The notes under the pieces are model-generated. The model saw only the letters and a list, made by a program, of their open reading frames with translations, had not been told where the DNA came from and searched no databases. A DNA stretch of 64,000 nucleotides, taken from assembly GCA_036785375.1 (NCBI GenBank), contig JAWMAR010000077.1, forward strand, positions 1,364,001-1,428,000, in the 5' to 3' direction. Source of the DNA: Leucoraja ocellata. Taxonomy: Eukaryota. A program made the position numbers and the translations under genes. This document shows, one piece after another, positions 50,501-61,661 of the stretch (position 1 is its first letter; each line of letters opens with the position of its first letter).

Positions 50501-51322
50501 AAATAAATAATTTTTTCCCCATTGTCTCACCCATTTGTGATAAATGTCAGTCACAAGAAGCTACCATAGTGCACTCTTTTGGTTTTTGTATAATAATCCA
50601 AAAATTCTGGAACGAAATATTTGAAATCTTCACAAAATTAATTAAAATAAAACTTGTACCAAAAGCAGAATGGATCATTTTTGGAATATCGGAAGGTAAC
50701 CCCGAATTAAACGTGTTTCAAAAGAACTTACTTAATTACAGGCTAATAATGGGAAAAAAGCTTATACTCAAATTTTGGAAAAATGCTCCAATACCAACAG
50801 TAAAAATGTGGATTTCAAACATGTTCGAAACACTACACCTGGAAGAGATGAGACTCCTCCTAGCAGACAAAGCAGACCACTTCCAAAAGACGTGGTCTGC
50901 ATTTATGGAACTATTACAAGCATAAGGTGCAATAGTAATTTAAAATATAAATGGTACCAGGATCTGGTAACGGGGGGTATAAAATAAAAAAATTAAAAAA
51001 ACACGGTTGGTATATTCTTTTTTGCGGAGTTTTGTGTTATAATAGAGTGATTGTTTTTCCTTTTTTCTTTTCTTTCTAGGGGCTATTTTCTTTCTTTACT
51101 TCCTTCTCTAACTTCTTCCCTAAGTGGCTTTCTTCTCTCAACACTTTCCCGCACCTTCACGATTCTTGCTCACTTTCCTTACTTCTTTTATTTCTACCTT
51201 TTTTAAAGCTCGAAAAACGAAGTGGTACAACAAATGTAATAAGATATATGTGATGTATATTACTGTAATTTACTGTACTTATAATTTAAAAAAAAATAAA
51301 TAAATAAAAATAAATAAATAAA
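45365..51322 (+). mobile_element. L1-clade LINE (5'-truncated, degenerate ORF2)
   Basis: APE endonuclease SWNIRG...FLPETH...SDH (46383-47219); RT KTPGPDG, QGCSLSPLLF, LYTDD; A-rich tail; 13-bp TSD AAATAATCCTCCG (45352-45364 / 51323-51335). Confidence 0.92.
47243..47998 (+). mobile_element. Chimeric insertion: copy of local L1 segment 45931-46353 fused to a Penelope hammerhead terminus
   Basis: Flanked by CACCAGATATATC (47230-47242 / 47999-48011). Confidence 0.8.
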
Positions 51323-52359
51323 AAATAATCCTCCGCCATTTCCGCCACCTCCAACATGACCCCAACCACTCGCCACATCTTCCCATCACCCCCAATGTCT
51401 GCGCTCCGCAAAGACCACTCCCTCTGCAACTCCTTTGTCAATCCCTTCCCTCCCATACCACCCCCTACCCGGGCACTTTCCGTTGCAACCGCAAGAAATG
51501 CAACATCTGTCCTATTACCTCCCCTCTCAACTCCATTCAAGGACCCAAGCAGTCATTCCAGGTGCGACAGAGGTTCACCTGTATCTCCTCCAACCTCATC
51601 TACGGCATCCGCTGCTCTAGATGTCAGCTGATCTACATCGGTGAGACCAAGCGGAGGTTGGGCGATCGTTTCGCCAAACACCTCTGCTCGGTCCACAAGA
51701 ACCTACCTGACCTCCCGGTGGCTCAGCACTTCAACTCCCCCTACCACTCCGAATCCGACCTCTCTGTCCTGGGTCTCCTCCATGGCCAGAGCGAGCAACA
51801 CCGGAAATTGGAGGAATAGCACCGTTTGGGGAGTCTGCATCCGGGGGGCATGAACATTGAATTCTCCCAATTTTGCTAGCCCTTGCTTTCTCCTCCCTTT
51901 CCTTAGCCCTCAGGCTGTCTCCTCCCATCCCCCAGCCCTCAGGCACCTCCTCCTTTTTCCTTCCTTCTCCCTGCCACTCCCTATCAGTCTGAAGAAGGGT
52001 TTCGGCCCGAAATGTTGCCTATTTCCTTCGCTCCATAGATGCTGCTGCACCCGCTGAGTTTCTACAGCCTTTTTGTGTACCTCCTCACCACATCCACTCT
52101 ATCCAGGCCTTTTGTTTATTCGGCGTTTCAATGAAGTACACCCTCATTCTCCAAGAAGTGGGATGAAATGTACCCCACTTGCCTGGATGAGTGCAGATCC
52201 AACAACACTGGATTCTTGGCAGCTAAGTGTTTGAAACCCACCGATATCTTCACTCCCACGGTGACCTCTGCATTATGGCCGCAGTGTTTGTGATACACAC
52301 AGATTTGAGTCAAAACCAAGGGAGTGCCATAGGAGCACCTTCACCATGCCGACTCTAAA

Positions 52360-54345
52360 GATTCAAGATCAGATTCAGATTCAGATTCAATTTGTCATTG
52401 TCAGTGTACAGTACAGAGACAACGAAATGCATTTAGCATCTCCCTGGAAGAGCGATATAGCAAATGATTTGAATAAATAATAATAAGTGTCCGGGGGGGG
52501 GGGGGGGGGGGGTGGTGATTGGCAGTCACCGAGGTACGTTGTTGAGTAGAGTGACAGCCGCCGGGAAGAAGCTGTTCCTCGACCTGCTGGTTCGGCAACG
52601 GAGAGACCTGTAGCGCCTCCCGGATGGTAGGAGGGTAAACAGTCCATGGTTGGGGTGAGAGCTGTCCTTGGCGATGCTGAGCGCCCTCTGCAGACAGCGC
52701 TTGCTTTGGACAGACTCAATGGAGGGGAGTGAGGAACCGGTGATGCGTTGGGCAATTTTCACCACCCTCTGCAATGCCTTCCGGTCGGAGACAGAGCAGT
52801 TGCCATACCATACTGTGATGCAGTTGGCAAGGATGCTCTCGATGGTGCAGCGGTAGAAGTTCACCAGGATCTGAGGAGACAGATGGACCTTCTTCAGTCT
52901 CCTCAGGAAGAAGAGACGCTGATGAGCCTTCTTGATCAGAGTAGAGGTATTGTGGGTCCACGAGAGGTCATCGGAGATGTTGACTCCCAGGAACCTGAAG
53001 CTAGAAACACGTTCCACCTCCGTCCCGTTAATGTGGATGGGGGTGTGCGCGCCGCCTCTGGACTTCCTGAAGTCTACAATGAGCTCCTTGGTCTTCTTGG
53101 AGTTAAGGGCCAGGTTGTTGTCAGCGCACCATGCTGCTAAGTGCTGGACCTCCTCCCTGTAGGCCAGCTCATCGTTGTTGCTGATGAGGCCAATCACCGT
53201 TGTATCATCTGCATACTTGATGATGGTGTTAGTACCATGTACAGGTGTGCAGTCATAGGTGAAGAGGGAGTAGAGGAGGGGGCTCAGCACACAGCCCTGT
53301 GGAACGCCGGTGTTCAGGGTGAGGGTTGAAGAGGTGTGCTTGTCTAATCTCACAGACTGGGGTCTGTTGCTTAGAAAGTCCAGTATCCAGTTGCAGAGGG
53401 AGGGGTCAATGCCCAGGTCACCGAGTTTGGTGATCAGTTTTGATGGTATAATGGTGTTGAATGCTGAGCTGTAATCGATGAACAGCATTCTTACGTAAGT
53501 GTCTCTGTTGTCGAGGTGGGAGAGGGCGGAGTGAAGTGCCGTTGAGATGGCATCCTCCGTACTCCTGTTCTTGCGGTAGGCAAACTGATAGGGATCCAGT
53601 GTGGGGGGTAGGCAGCTTTTGAGGTGTGCCAGGACCAGCCTCTCGAAGCACTTGGTGATGATGGGAGTAGGTGCAACTGGGCGGAAGTCGTTGAGGCTTG
53701 CCACAGTGGAGTGTTTTGGCACTGGCATGATGGAGGTGGTTTTAAGGCAAGTGGGGACAACTGCTTGGGCAAGTGACAGGTTGAAGATGTCAGTCCAGAC
53801 GTCTGTCAGCTGCGCAGTACAGGCCCTGAGAACGCGGCCGGGGATGCCGTCAGGGCCAGCAGCCTTACGTGCATTAGTCCTACTCAGTGCCACGTGCACG
53901 TCGTAGGGGGTGAGTGTGAGGGGCTGGTGATCGGCAGGGAGCACAGCCTTGATGGCTGTCTCTAGATTGTCCCTGTCGAAGCGGCCATAGAAGTGATTAA
54001 GCTCCTCAAGGAAGGAGGCGTCGCTGGATGTGGGGGTGGTGTTGGTGGGTCTGTAGTCCGTGATGGCCTGGATGCCTTGCCACATGCGTCGGGGGTCGGA
54101 GTTGTTGTTGAAGTGCTCCTCAATCCTGAGCTTATGGCAGTGCTTGGCCTTCCTGATGCCCCTCTTCAGGTTAGCCCTGGATGAACTGTAGGCTCGAGCA
54201 TCGCCTGACCTGAAACCGGTGTCCCGTGCTTTCAGCAGTAGCCTGACCTCGCTGTTCATCCATGGCTTCTGATTCGGGTATATGGTCACCCGTTTGAGGG
54301 AGGTGACACTATTGATGGTGGAGTTTATAAAGTCCAGAACAGATG
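52360..54345 (-). mobile_element. Young Rex1/Babar-like LINE with uninterrupted 587-aa RT ORF (52526-54289)
   Basis: [36 protein letters not shown]; (CTGAAT)n tail. Confidence 0.92.
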
Positions 54346-55079
54346 TGGATCACCTCAATCAAAAAACATGCATGGCATAAATTAATGCAAATACAAATTG
54401 TATTTGACGTGCGACTGCATTTAATTGACCCCTTCTCATCCTTTATTAAACAGTCACAAGTTACAACTTTCAAGCGTGCCCTTTCCACCCAAGAATGTGC
54501 TCTAAGATAGCCGTCCGCCGGATTTACAAATCAATCATTCCTGCCCTATTCTGGTCACCCCTCCTAAAGCAGGTCCTGTTTTCACCCCGCAGCTTCCTGT
54601 CCGAGCGATGTTGCACCAACGGGGAATCTGTGATCCCAGACAGATATTATTTTCACTTCACTTCTCCTTACATTGGCTGTAGGGTTTCAGGGGAACGGGG
54701 CAGGCGGAGTGCGCATTAGGGAAGAGTGTTAATCGATGAACATTACCGGACAAAAGTGCTTGCTGAACTAAAGGGATTGTTGGGAGTGAGGATATTTTGA
54801 CCAGTGAGCAGTTTGTAAGGAGACGCTTTCTGGAAGGTTGTAGAAGTTGTTTCTTGGATGTTTATGGAAGAGTCCCGAGTGCAGAGCTCATGCACCACGT
54901 GATTAGAAATCGTTCGTTCAAATTCTAGCGGAAGACAATGTGAGTTATGTTTTAACCGAGTCTCTTTACAATTAAGAGAGTCCTTAATAATGCGCTTTGT
55001 CATAGCTGATAGGGACAAATTAACATTCGGGATGGCCTCCTGCTCAACGACATCTCATCCAACGGATTAGCTCAGATAG

Positions 55080-55840
55080 ATAGACACAAAATGCTGGAGT
55101 CACTCAGCGGGACAGGCAGCATTTGTGTATAGAAGGAATGGGTGAGGTTTTGGGTCGAGACCCTACTTCAGACTGAGAGTCAGGTTAGAGGGACACGGAG
55201 ATAAGGAAGTGTAGGGTGTGAAAACGAGACATCAAAGGGGATGTAGATCAAGGCAAATGTATACATTTGATCCAATGTCAGATCCTCGCCTGGATCCAAA
55301 AGTAATAAATACACTTCAAGGACACTGAACATATACACTTTCGTTTACTCGTCCGGCATTCCTTTACATCCCGCCAACATGTGTATACATTGTTAGCTAG
55401 GAGAAGCTGACAACGAAGAGATACAATTTAATCAGGGGAGCAATCAGGCTCGTCAGAGTACGAAGGGGGGGGGGGGGGGGGGGATGGGGAGAGAAGGAAA
55501 GCACGCGTTACTTGAAGTTAGATAAGTCAATATCCATACCGCTGGGGTGTAAGCTGCCCAAGCGAAATACGAGGAGCTGCTCCTCCAATTTGTACTGCCC
55601 CCACTCTGAGGAGGCCCAGGACAGAAGGGTGAGTGTTGGAACGGGAAGGGGAGTTAAAGTGTTTAGTAACCAGGAGATCAGGTAGGTTCAGGCGGACTGA
55701 GCGGAGGTGTTCAGCAAAACGATCGCCGAGCCTGCGCTTGGTCTTGCGGATATAAAGGAGTCTACAACTGGAACAGTGGACACAGTAGATGAGGTTGGAG
55801 AAGATGCACGCGAACCACTGCCTCACCAGAAAAGACTGGT
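55080..55840 (-). mobile_element. Penelope-like element 3' fragment (GIY-YIG relic plus hammerhead terminus)
   Basis: IYCVHCSSCRLLYIRKTKRRLGDRFAEHL; reverse hammerhead motif near 55145-55172. Confidence 0.8.
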
Positions 55841-56647
55841 GGTTTGGGGCTGAATCGGGAATCTTGTTGGCGGCGAGGCAGTTCCAGGTTCAGTGCAGTA
55901 AACGCTCCGACAGTCAATATGGGGAGAGTCTTTCTGTGTTTGTGGAGTAGCTCCTGGCTCGCATTATTCTGATTATCACATCATTCACGTCAAAAGATTG
56001 GAATAAAGTGGCCAGGAAAATTATGTTGGGATGTCAGGATCCGGCGCAGCATCTCTTTGCTGAAGTTACTTACACCAACCATGTTGCAAGGGTTTGGGGA
56101 ATTTAACATAGCAGCGATAAAGGAAGGAGAGAACTGGTTAAATGTGGGTGGTTTGTGACTGATCAGGCAGAGGGAGGGGGTGGCTGCCTTCATCACGTTA
56201 TATAAGCAGGAAAGATCGAACCAGCTTTTGGCGCAGAAAAAAATCCTCTTATTGACTGGGTGGATTTCTTTTAAAATATAATTTTCCGCACAGTAACAAC
56301 ATTTTGGAAGAACTCGGCGGGTCAAGCATCATCTGAAATGGCGAATGAACATAGACCGTTTCTACATGCTCCATAGATGTTGCCACACCATCTGAGTTAC
56401 GCTAGCACTTGGTATCCTTGTATGTAAACCAGCTTCTGCAGTTCTTCATTTCTGCAGATGTTTCAGGTTGAGGCACATCTTTAGATGGAGTCAGAAGAAG
56501 TGGCCCGGTCGAAATATCGTCTGTCCATTCCCTCCTCACATGCGGCCAGACCAGCTAGGTTCATCCAGCGCCCCGATTTTAGCTCTAGATTCCAGCATCT
56601 GCGGTTCTTCTTTAATGTCTGCAAGTAACAAAATATGTCGGGTACAG

Positions 56648-57652
56648 AGGGCGGCACCGTGGCGCAGCGGTAGAGTTTACGGCGGCAGAGACTACAGCGC
56701 CTGATAGACCAGCCATGGTTGAGTGGCGGAGTAGATTTGATGTGCCAAATGGTCTAATTCTGCTCCCATAACTTACGAACCTATGAACTGACTACAGGTG
56801 CTGCCTGCCCGTGACCACGTGGGGGTTCGATTGCGACAAGTGCGACAAGTTTATTTCGAGAAGACTGGAATATAAAAACAGGGATGTAACGCTGAGGCTT
56901 TATAAGGCACCGGTCAGAGGGCATTTGGAATATTGCAAGCAATTTTGGGCCCCTTGTCTGAGGTAGGATTGCGGGCTTTGTAGAGGATCCAGAGTAGGTT
57001 AATGAGAATGATCCCAGGAATAATTGGGTTAATGTATAACGAGCGGTTGACGCCAATGGGCCCATACTCGATGCGGTTTAGAAGGGTGAGTCTGTACAGA
57101 TTGGATGCGCAGAGGGTGTTTCCATTGGAGGGTTTGGGGCCAAAGGGCATTGCCTCGGAATCAAAAGACGTGTCTATAGAAAGAGGAATGAGGATGAATC
57201 TCTTTAGTCAGAGAGTGATAAATCTGTGGAATTATTTGCCACAAAATGCTGTGGAGGCCAAGTCAATGGATATTTTTTGTCGGGGATTGATATATTCTTG
57301 ATTAGTACCGGTGTTGGGGTTTATGGGGAGAATGCAGGTGAATGGGGTTGAGAGGGAAGGATAGATCAGCCATGGTTGAACGGCGGAGTACATTTGATGT
57401 GCCATATGGTCTAATTCTGCTCCCATAACTTACGAACCTATGAACTGACTACAGGTGCTGTCTGCCCGTGACCACGTGGGTGTTTTTGCTGGGTCCTCCG
57501 GTTTCCTCCCACACTCCAAAGATGTACAGGTTTATAGGTTAATTGGCTCCGGGAGGCGAGTGGGATAGTGTTAGTGTACAGGGTGATCGCTGGTCGGTGC
57601 GATTCGGTGGGTCGAGGGGCCCGTTTCCGTGCTGTGTCTCGAAAATCTAAAG
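56648..57652 (+). mobile_element. tRNA-derived V-SINE interrupted by CR1-like LINE sequence
   Basis: 5' GGGCGGCACCGTGGCGCAGCGGTAGAG; V-SINE body CCGGTTTCCTCCCACACTCCAAAGA resumes near 57445. Confidence 0.7.
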
Positions 57653-57803
57653 ACGAATCTCGAAAGGTTAGAAACGAGGTTAGAAGGCGTGGTTTGTGAC
57701 ATAAGCGACTGTCTGATCGAGGGAAAGTAGGACTTGAGGATTGACGGTATTTATATGCAGCCAGACCAAGTCGAGACAGAGGTGTCACAACCCGACAACC
57801 AGG

Positions 57804-58240
57804 ATGCGGCCGTGCTCTGTCGGTTTCGTGATGTTTTTTCTCCGTATGTCAATTCATTTTCCATCTTCAGTCTGGAAAACAAAGTTATGGGTTTTGTTCT
57901 TTGTTTCTACATTCTAAAGTACAACTTGTGAATTTTCTCTTCACAGGCAGATGTCTTGTTGACGGTATAACACAGCAACAGATGTCCCTCGTCTCAATGG
58001 CAAGTAAAAGTGTCACAATCGCATGCGGCATGAACGAAGCGACCGTCATCCACTGGTATCGGCAGCCAACGGGCCAGGCGCCAGTCAGGATCCTGTATTA
58101 TGAATCTGGGGTCAACAATCGGGATGATGGATTTGGGGACAGATTTACAGCGCGACTTGTTGTGACTGGACAGTATTCTCTAACGGTGGACGCTCTCAAG
58201 AGAGATGACTCCGCCACCTATTTCTGCGCATATTGGGATA
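57804..58240 (+). CDS. TRGV: TCR gamma V segment V6 (leader 57804-57843, intron 57844-57946, V exon 57947-58240)
   Basis: Leader MRPCSVGFVMFFL; intron gtatgt...tcacag; ITQQQMS, VTIAC, IHWYRQ, DDSATYFCAYWD. Confidence 0.9.
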
Positions 58241-58279
58241 CACAGAGTTAAACAGCAACCGACGTCGCTTACAAAAACC
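58241..58279 (+). other. 23-RSS of V6
   Basis: CACAGAG + 23 nt + ACAAAAACC. Confidence 0.92.
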
Positions 58280-59007
58280 TCCGCACACCTCAATGCGCTT
58301 ATCACACATACCACTTCCGACTCACACAGAATTCGCAACTGACAAGAAAACCCCCTTCGTCTCTCTTCAGATGAAGATGTTTTCAACCTAATGCAACCAA
58401 AGCACCAAACGAGCCTCGTCGGCCATTCATGCAATTACACTTACACTTACAGAGTGAATGATTGGTCGCTCGCTAAAAGGTTACAGGTAGTGCATTGGGT
58501 GAAATATCGTATCGACTCCCCGACTCCCCCCCCCCCCCCCCACACCCCCACCCCCCACTCACAGGGATCAGGCGAAGTCCACCCCCCTACCCTCAGCCCC
58601 ATGGGGTTCGTGGAAATCTCGTTCTTCTCCTCTGTATCTGCACCGCCTCTCCCTTTTATCCACAGCACTGTCCTAGAGCTGCTGCCCGATGTGGTTTCGC
58701 CTCCCTCTGTATATTTGGCTTTAAAGTCTGTTCTTTAAGATTTTTGGGGCAATCAAACTTCCTATATTAGTATGCATCCCGGAAACTGGAGGCATAGTTA
58801 TACAAGACGGAATGACCTTCGGGCCATCTTTGTTCCACATCTCTTAATGTCGTTAACACCTGAACATCTAGCAATCTTTGTCTTGGTTATATTTGGCCAC
58901 TGGGCATCCCATTGGAGAAAATGTCCATGAAATTCTTCTCAAGTCTACCGTGAATGGCTGACCCGTGAGATACTTTGTGATTGTGACCCATGACTTTAGA
59001 CATTAGT

Positions 59008-59301
59008 GATGCAGCGTGGAAACAGGCCTTTAGGCTCACCGAGTCTGCGCTGAACAGCGATCATTCCGTACACTAGCACTATCCTACACACTAGGGAACT
59101 TTACAATGTTTTTTTACCAAAGCCCATTAACATAAAAACCTGTACGTCTTTGGAATGTGGGAGGAAACTGGAGTACCCGGAGAAAACACATGCGGTCACA
59201 GGAAGAATGTACAAACCCCGTAGAGACAACAGGTTACAAGTTCGAACCCAGGTCTCTACGGCTGTGAGGCAGTAACTCTACAGCTGCGCCACTGTGCCGC
59301 C
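59008..59301 (-). mobile_element. Complete tRNA-derived V-SINE (HE1-like); fragments also at 1-117, 5310-5430, 5645-5772 and 6930-7070
   Basis: Reverse strand GGCGGCACAGTGGCGCAGC (A box), GGTTCGAAC (B box), CCAGTTTCCTCCCACATTCCAAAGAC core. Confidence 0.8.
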
Positions 59302-59444
59302 ATGGTTCCATACAATCCAGTCAAAGGCGACATCAATGTCACCTGCCCATTACCAATGAGTAAATTCAATGAGATTACCTCTCATTCTTCTACAGAGTTT
59401 AGATCTTGTCTGCCTAATCCCTCTTAAGAGGCCAAACCCGCCAT

Positions 59445-60020
59445 CATAGAAACATAGAAAATAGATGCAGGAGTAGGCCATTCGGCCCTTCGAGCCTGCA
59501 CCTCCATTCAATATGATCATGGCTGATCATCCAACCCAGTATCCTGTACCTGTCTTCCGTCCCCGTCCCCCCCCCCCCCCCCCCGGGGGGGGGGGGGGGG
59601 GGGGTGGGGGCTGCTGATCCCTTTAGCCACAGGGGCCACATCTAACTCCCTCTTAAATATAGCCAATGAACTGGCCTCAACTACCCTCTGTGACGGAGAA
59701 TTCCAGAGATTCACCACTCTCCGTGTGAAAAATGTTTTTCTCATCTTGGTCCTAAAAGATTCCCCCTTATCCTTAAACTGTGACCCCTTGTCCTGGACTT
59801 CCCCAACATCAGGAACAATCCTCCTGCATCTAGCCTGTCCAACCCCTTAAGAATTTTGTAAGTTTCTATAAGATCCCCTCTCAATCTTCTAAATTCTAGC
59901 AAGTACGAGCCGAGTCTATCCAGTCTTTCTTCACATGAAAGTCCTGACATCGCAGGAATCAGTCTGTTGAACCTTCTCTGTACTCCCTCTATGGCAAGAA
60001 TGTGTTTCCTCAGATTAGGA
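59445..60020 (-). mobile_element. CR1-like LINE 3' fragment
   Basis: IEGVQRRF, RRLRGDL, tail. Confidence 0.85.
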
Positions 60021-61373
60021 TTCAGTCTGGTAAATGTTTGTGAATTTCCTCGAATCCTTAAATAAGGAGATATTCCAGGTGTGATCACACAAGGGCACTA
60101 CATGAAAGCCTCAAACCCCCTTACCAACAAAGGCTAACATACTATTTGCTTGTTAGATCTTTATATTAGCATCCATTTTTGTGCAAAGGGCCCCCCTGAA
60201 CCATCTCAACACTAACACCCTTCAATCTCTCACCAGTAAAATAACTCTGCTTTCTATTTTGATCTATTTGATGACATTACATGTTCCACATTATGTTGTA
60301 TCCACCACATCCGCTCCTATTTTACCAAATGATCACTCCACACTAACAACAGCACCACTAGTATCTACATAATTTGTAAACTAACTTATCATACTTCCTA
60401 TATTAATATCCACATTGTTGTGTGCCCAAACATCATATCCATGGTGTTTGAGCACATTGCGAGGGCCCAAAAGTTTAGAGTTGATGAGATCCAATGTAAT
60501 TTGGCAAATTGGCTTGGGAACAAGAGGCAGAAAGTAATGGTGGATGAATGGTTCTTTTTATGACCAGAAACCTGTGGCTAGTTATGTAAAACAAGGTTGG
60601 TGCTGCGGGCCTTATTGTTTGTTCAAGAAGGAACTGCAGATGCTGGAAAATCGAAGCAATTCTACAACAAAATTGCTGGAGAACCTCAGCGGGTGCAGCA
60701 GCAGCTATGGAGCGAAGGAAAACCAATGCCTTATTTTAAACCAAAACCAGGGCCTTATTGTTTGTCGCTTTGGCCAGAGTCATTTAAAAAATAGCAGGCA
60801 GAAACAGGAAAGTGAGAATGAGGGCAAGATTAGATCTGTCATTAATTCATTGAATGACAGAACAGTTCTCCCAGTGGTGCATTTGCCCTTTAGCTGCACC
60901 TATTTCTTATATATTTGCCCTAATTTTACTGTCTTCAAACACACCGATTATCTACAGCACTGGACACATGTTACACAGAATGTCTCTGCAAAGTTCTTTA
61001 CATTCACAGGCCAGGTAAGCCAGAAAGGAACATCAGTGTCCTCCATGACCAGCTTCTTAGTATAAAGGCTCTAAAAATGGTGGTCAGCCAGGTCACATCA
61101 CTTGCAACTGGCTCACAACATAGACATACAAACAGATCCACATACACATTATGAGCAATGGTAGACCGCTTGGCCTACTCTGCCATTGGGGGGGGGGGGG
61201 GGGGGAGGAACCACTGCATAATTGCTTGGGTTCAGTAGTGGCATTGGACATAAAAGATTACGCCATGATTTTTTCCAACTTCATAATCAAATATGTGGAG
61301 GAGTGTGTTCTCACCAATACCATCTGAGGGCTCCACAACCAGAAGCCATGAATGAACCAGGCTGTTCCCCCTT

Positions 61374-61661
61374 ACGGATAAGGGGGAAATCCTTTAAAAC
61401 TGAGATGAGAAGAACTTTTTTCACACAGAGAGTGGTGAATCTCTGGAACTCTCTGCCACAGAGGGTAGTTGAGGCCAGTTCATTGGCTATATTTAAGAGG
61501 GAGTTAGATGTGGCCCTTGTGGCTAAGGGGATCAGGGGGTATGGAGAGAAGGCGGGTACGGGATACTGAGTTGGATGATCAGCCATGATCATATTGAATG
61601 GCGGTGCAGGCTCGAAGGGCCGAATGGCCTACTCCTGCACCTAATTTCTATGTTTCTATGT
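61374..61661 (+). mobile_element. CR1-like LINE 3' end
   Basis: Conserved 3' UTR and tail. Confidence 0.85.

Larger units (their letters stand above)
45019..52081 (+). mobile_element. Penelope-like element (5'-truncated), split by the L1 insertion
   Basis: YKPTDSHGYLDYTSSHP, IPYSQFLRL.RIC, GIY-YIG IYGIRCSRCQLIYIGETKR; terminal hammerhead at 51989; 13-bp TSD TCCTCWCCACATC (45006-45018 / 52082-52094). Confidence 0.9.

Noticed and set aside
56648-56702. tRNA-like A-box sequence (also 59230-59301)
   Set aside because: It is the head of a tRNA-derived SINE, not a tRNA gene
3448-58279. Alternative calls as IgH, IgL, IgNAR or NAR-TCR V genes
   Set aside because: No closely linked D-J-C clusters typical of cartilaginous-fish Ig; CAxW ends and IHWY...RILY framework fit TRGV
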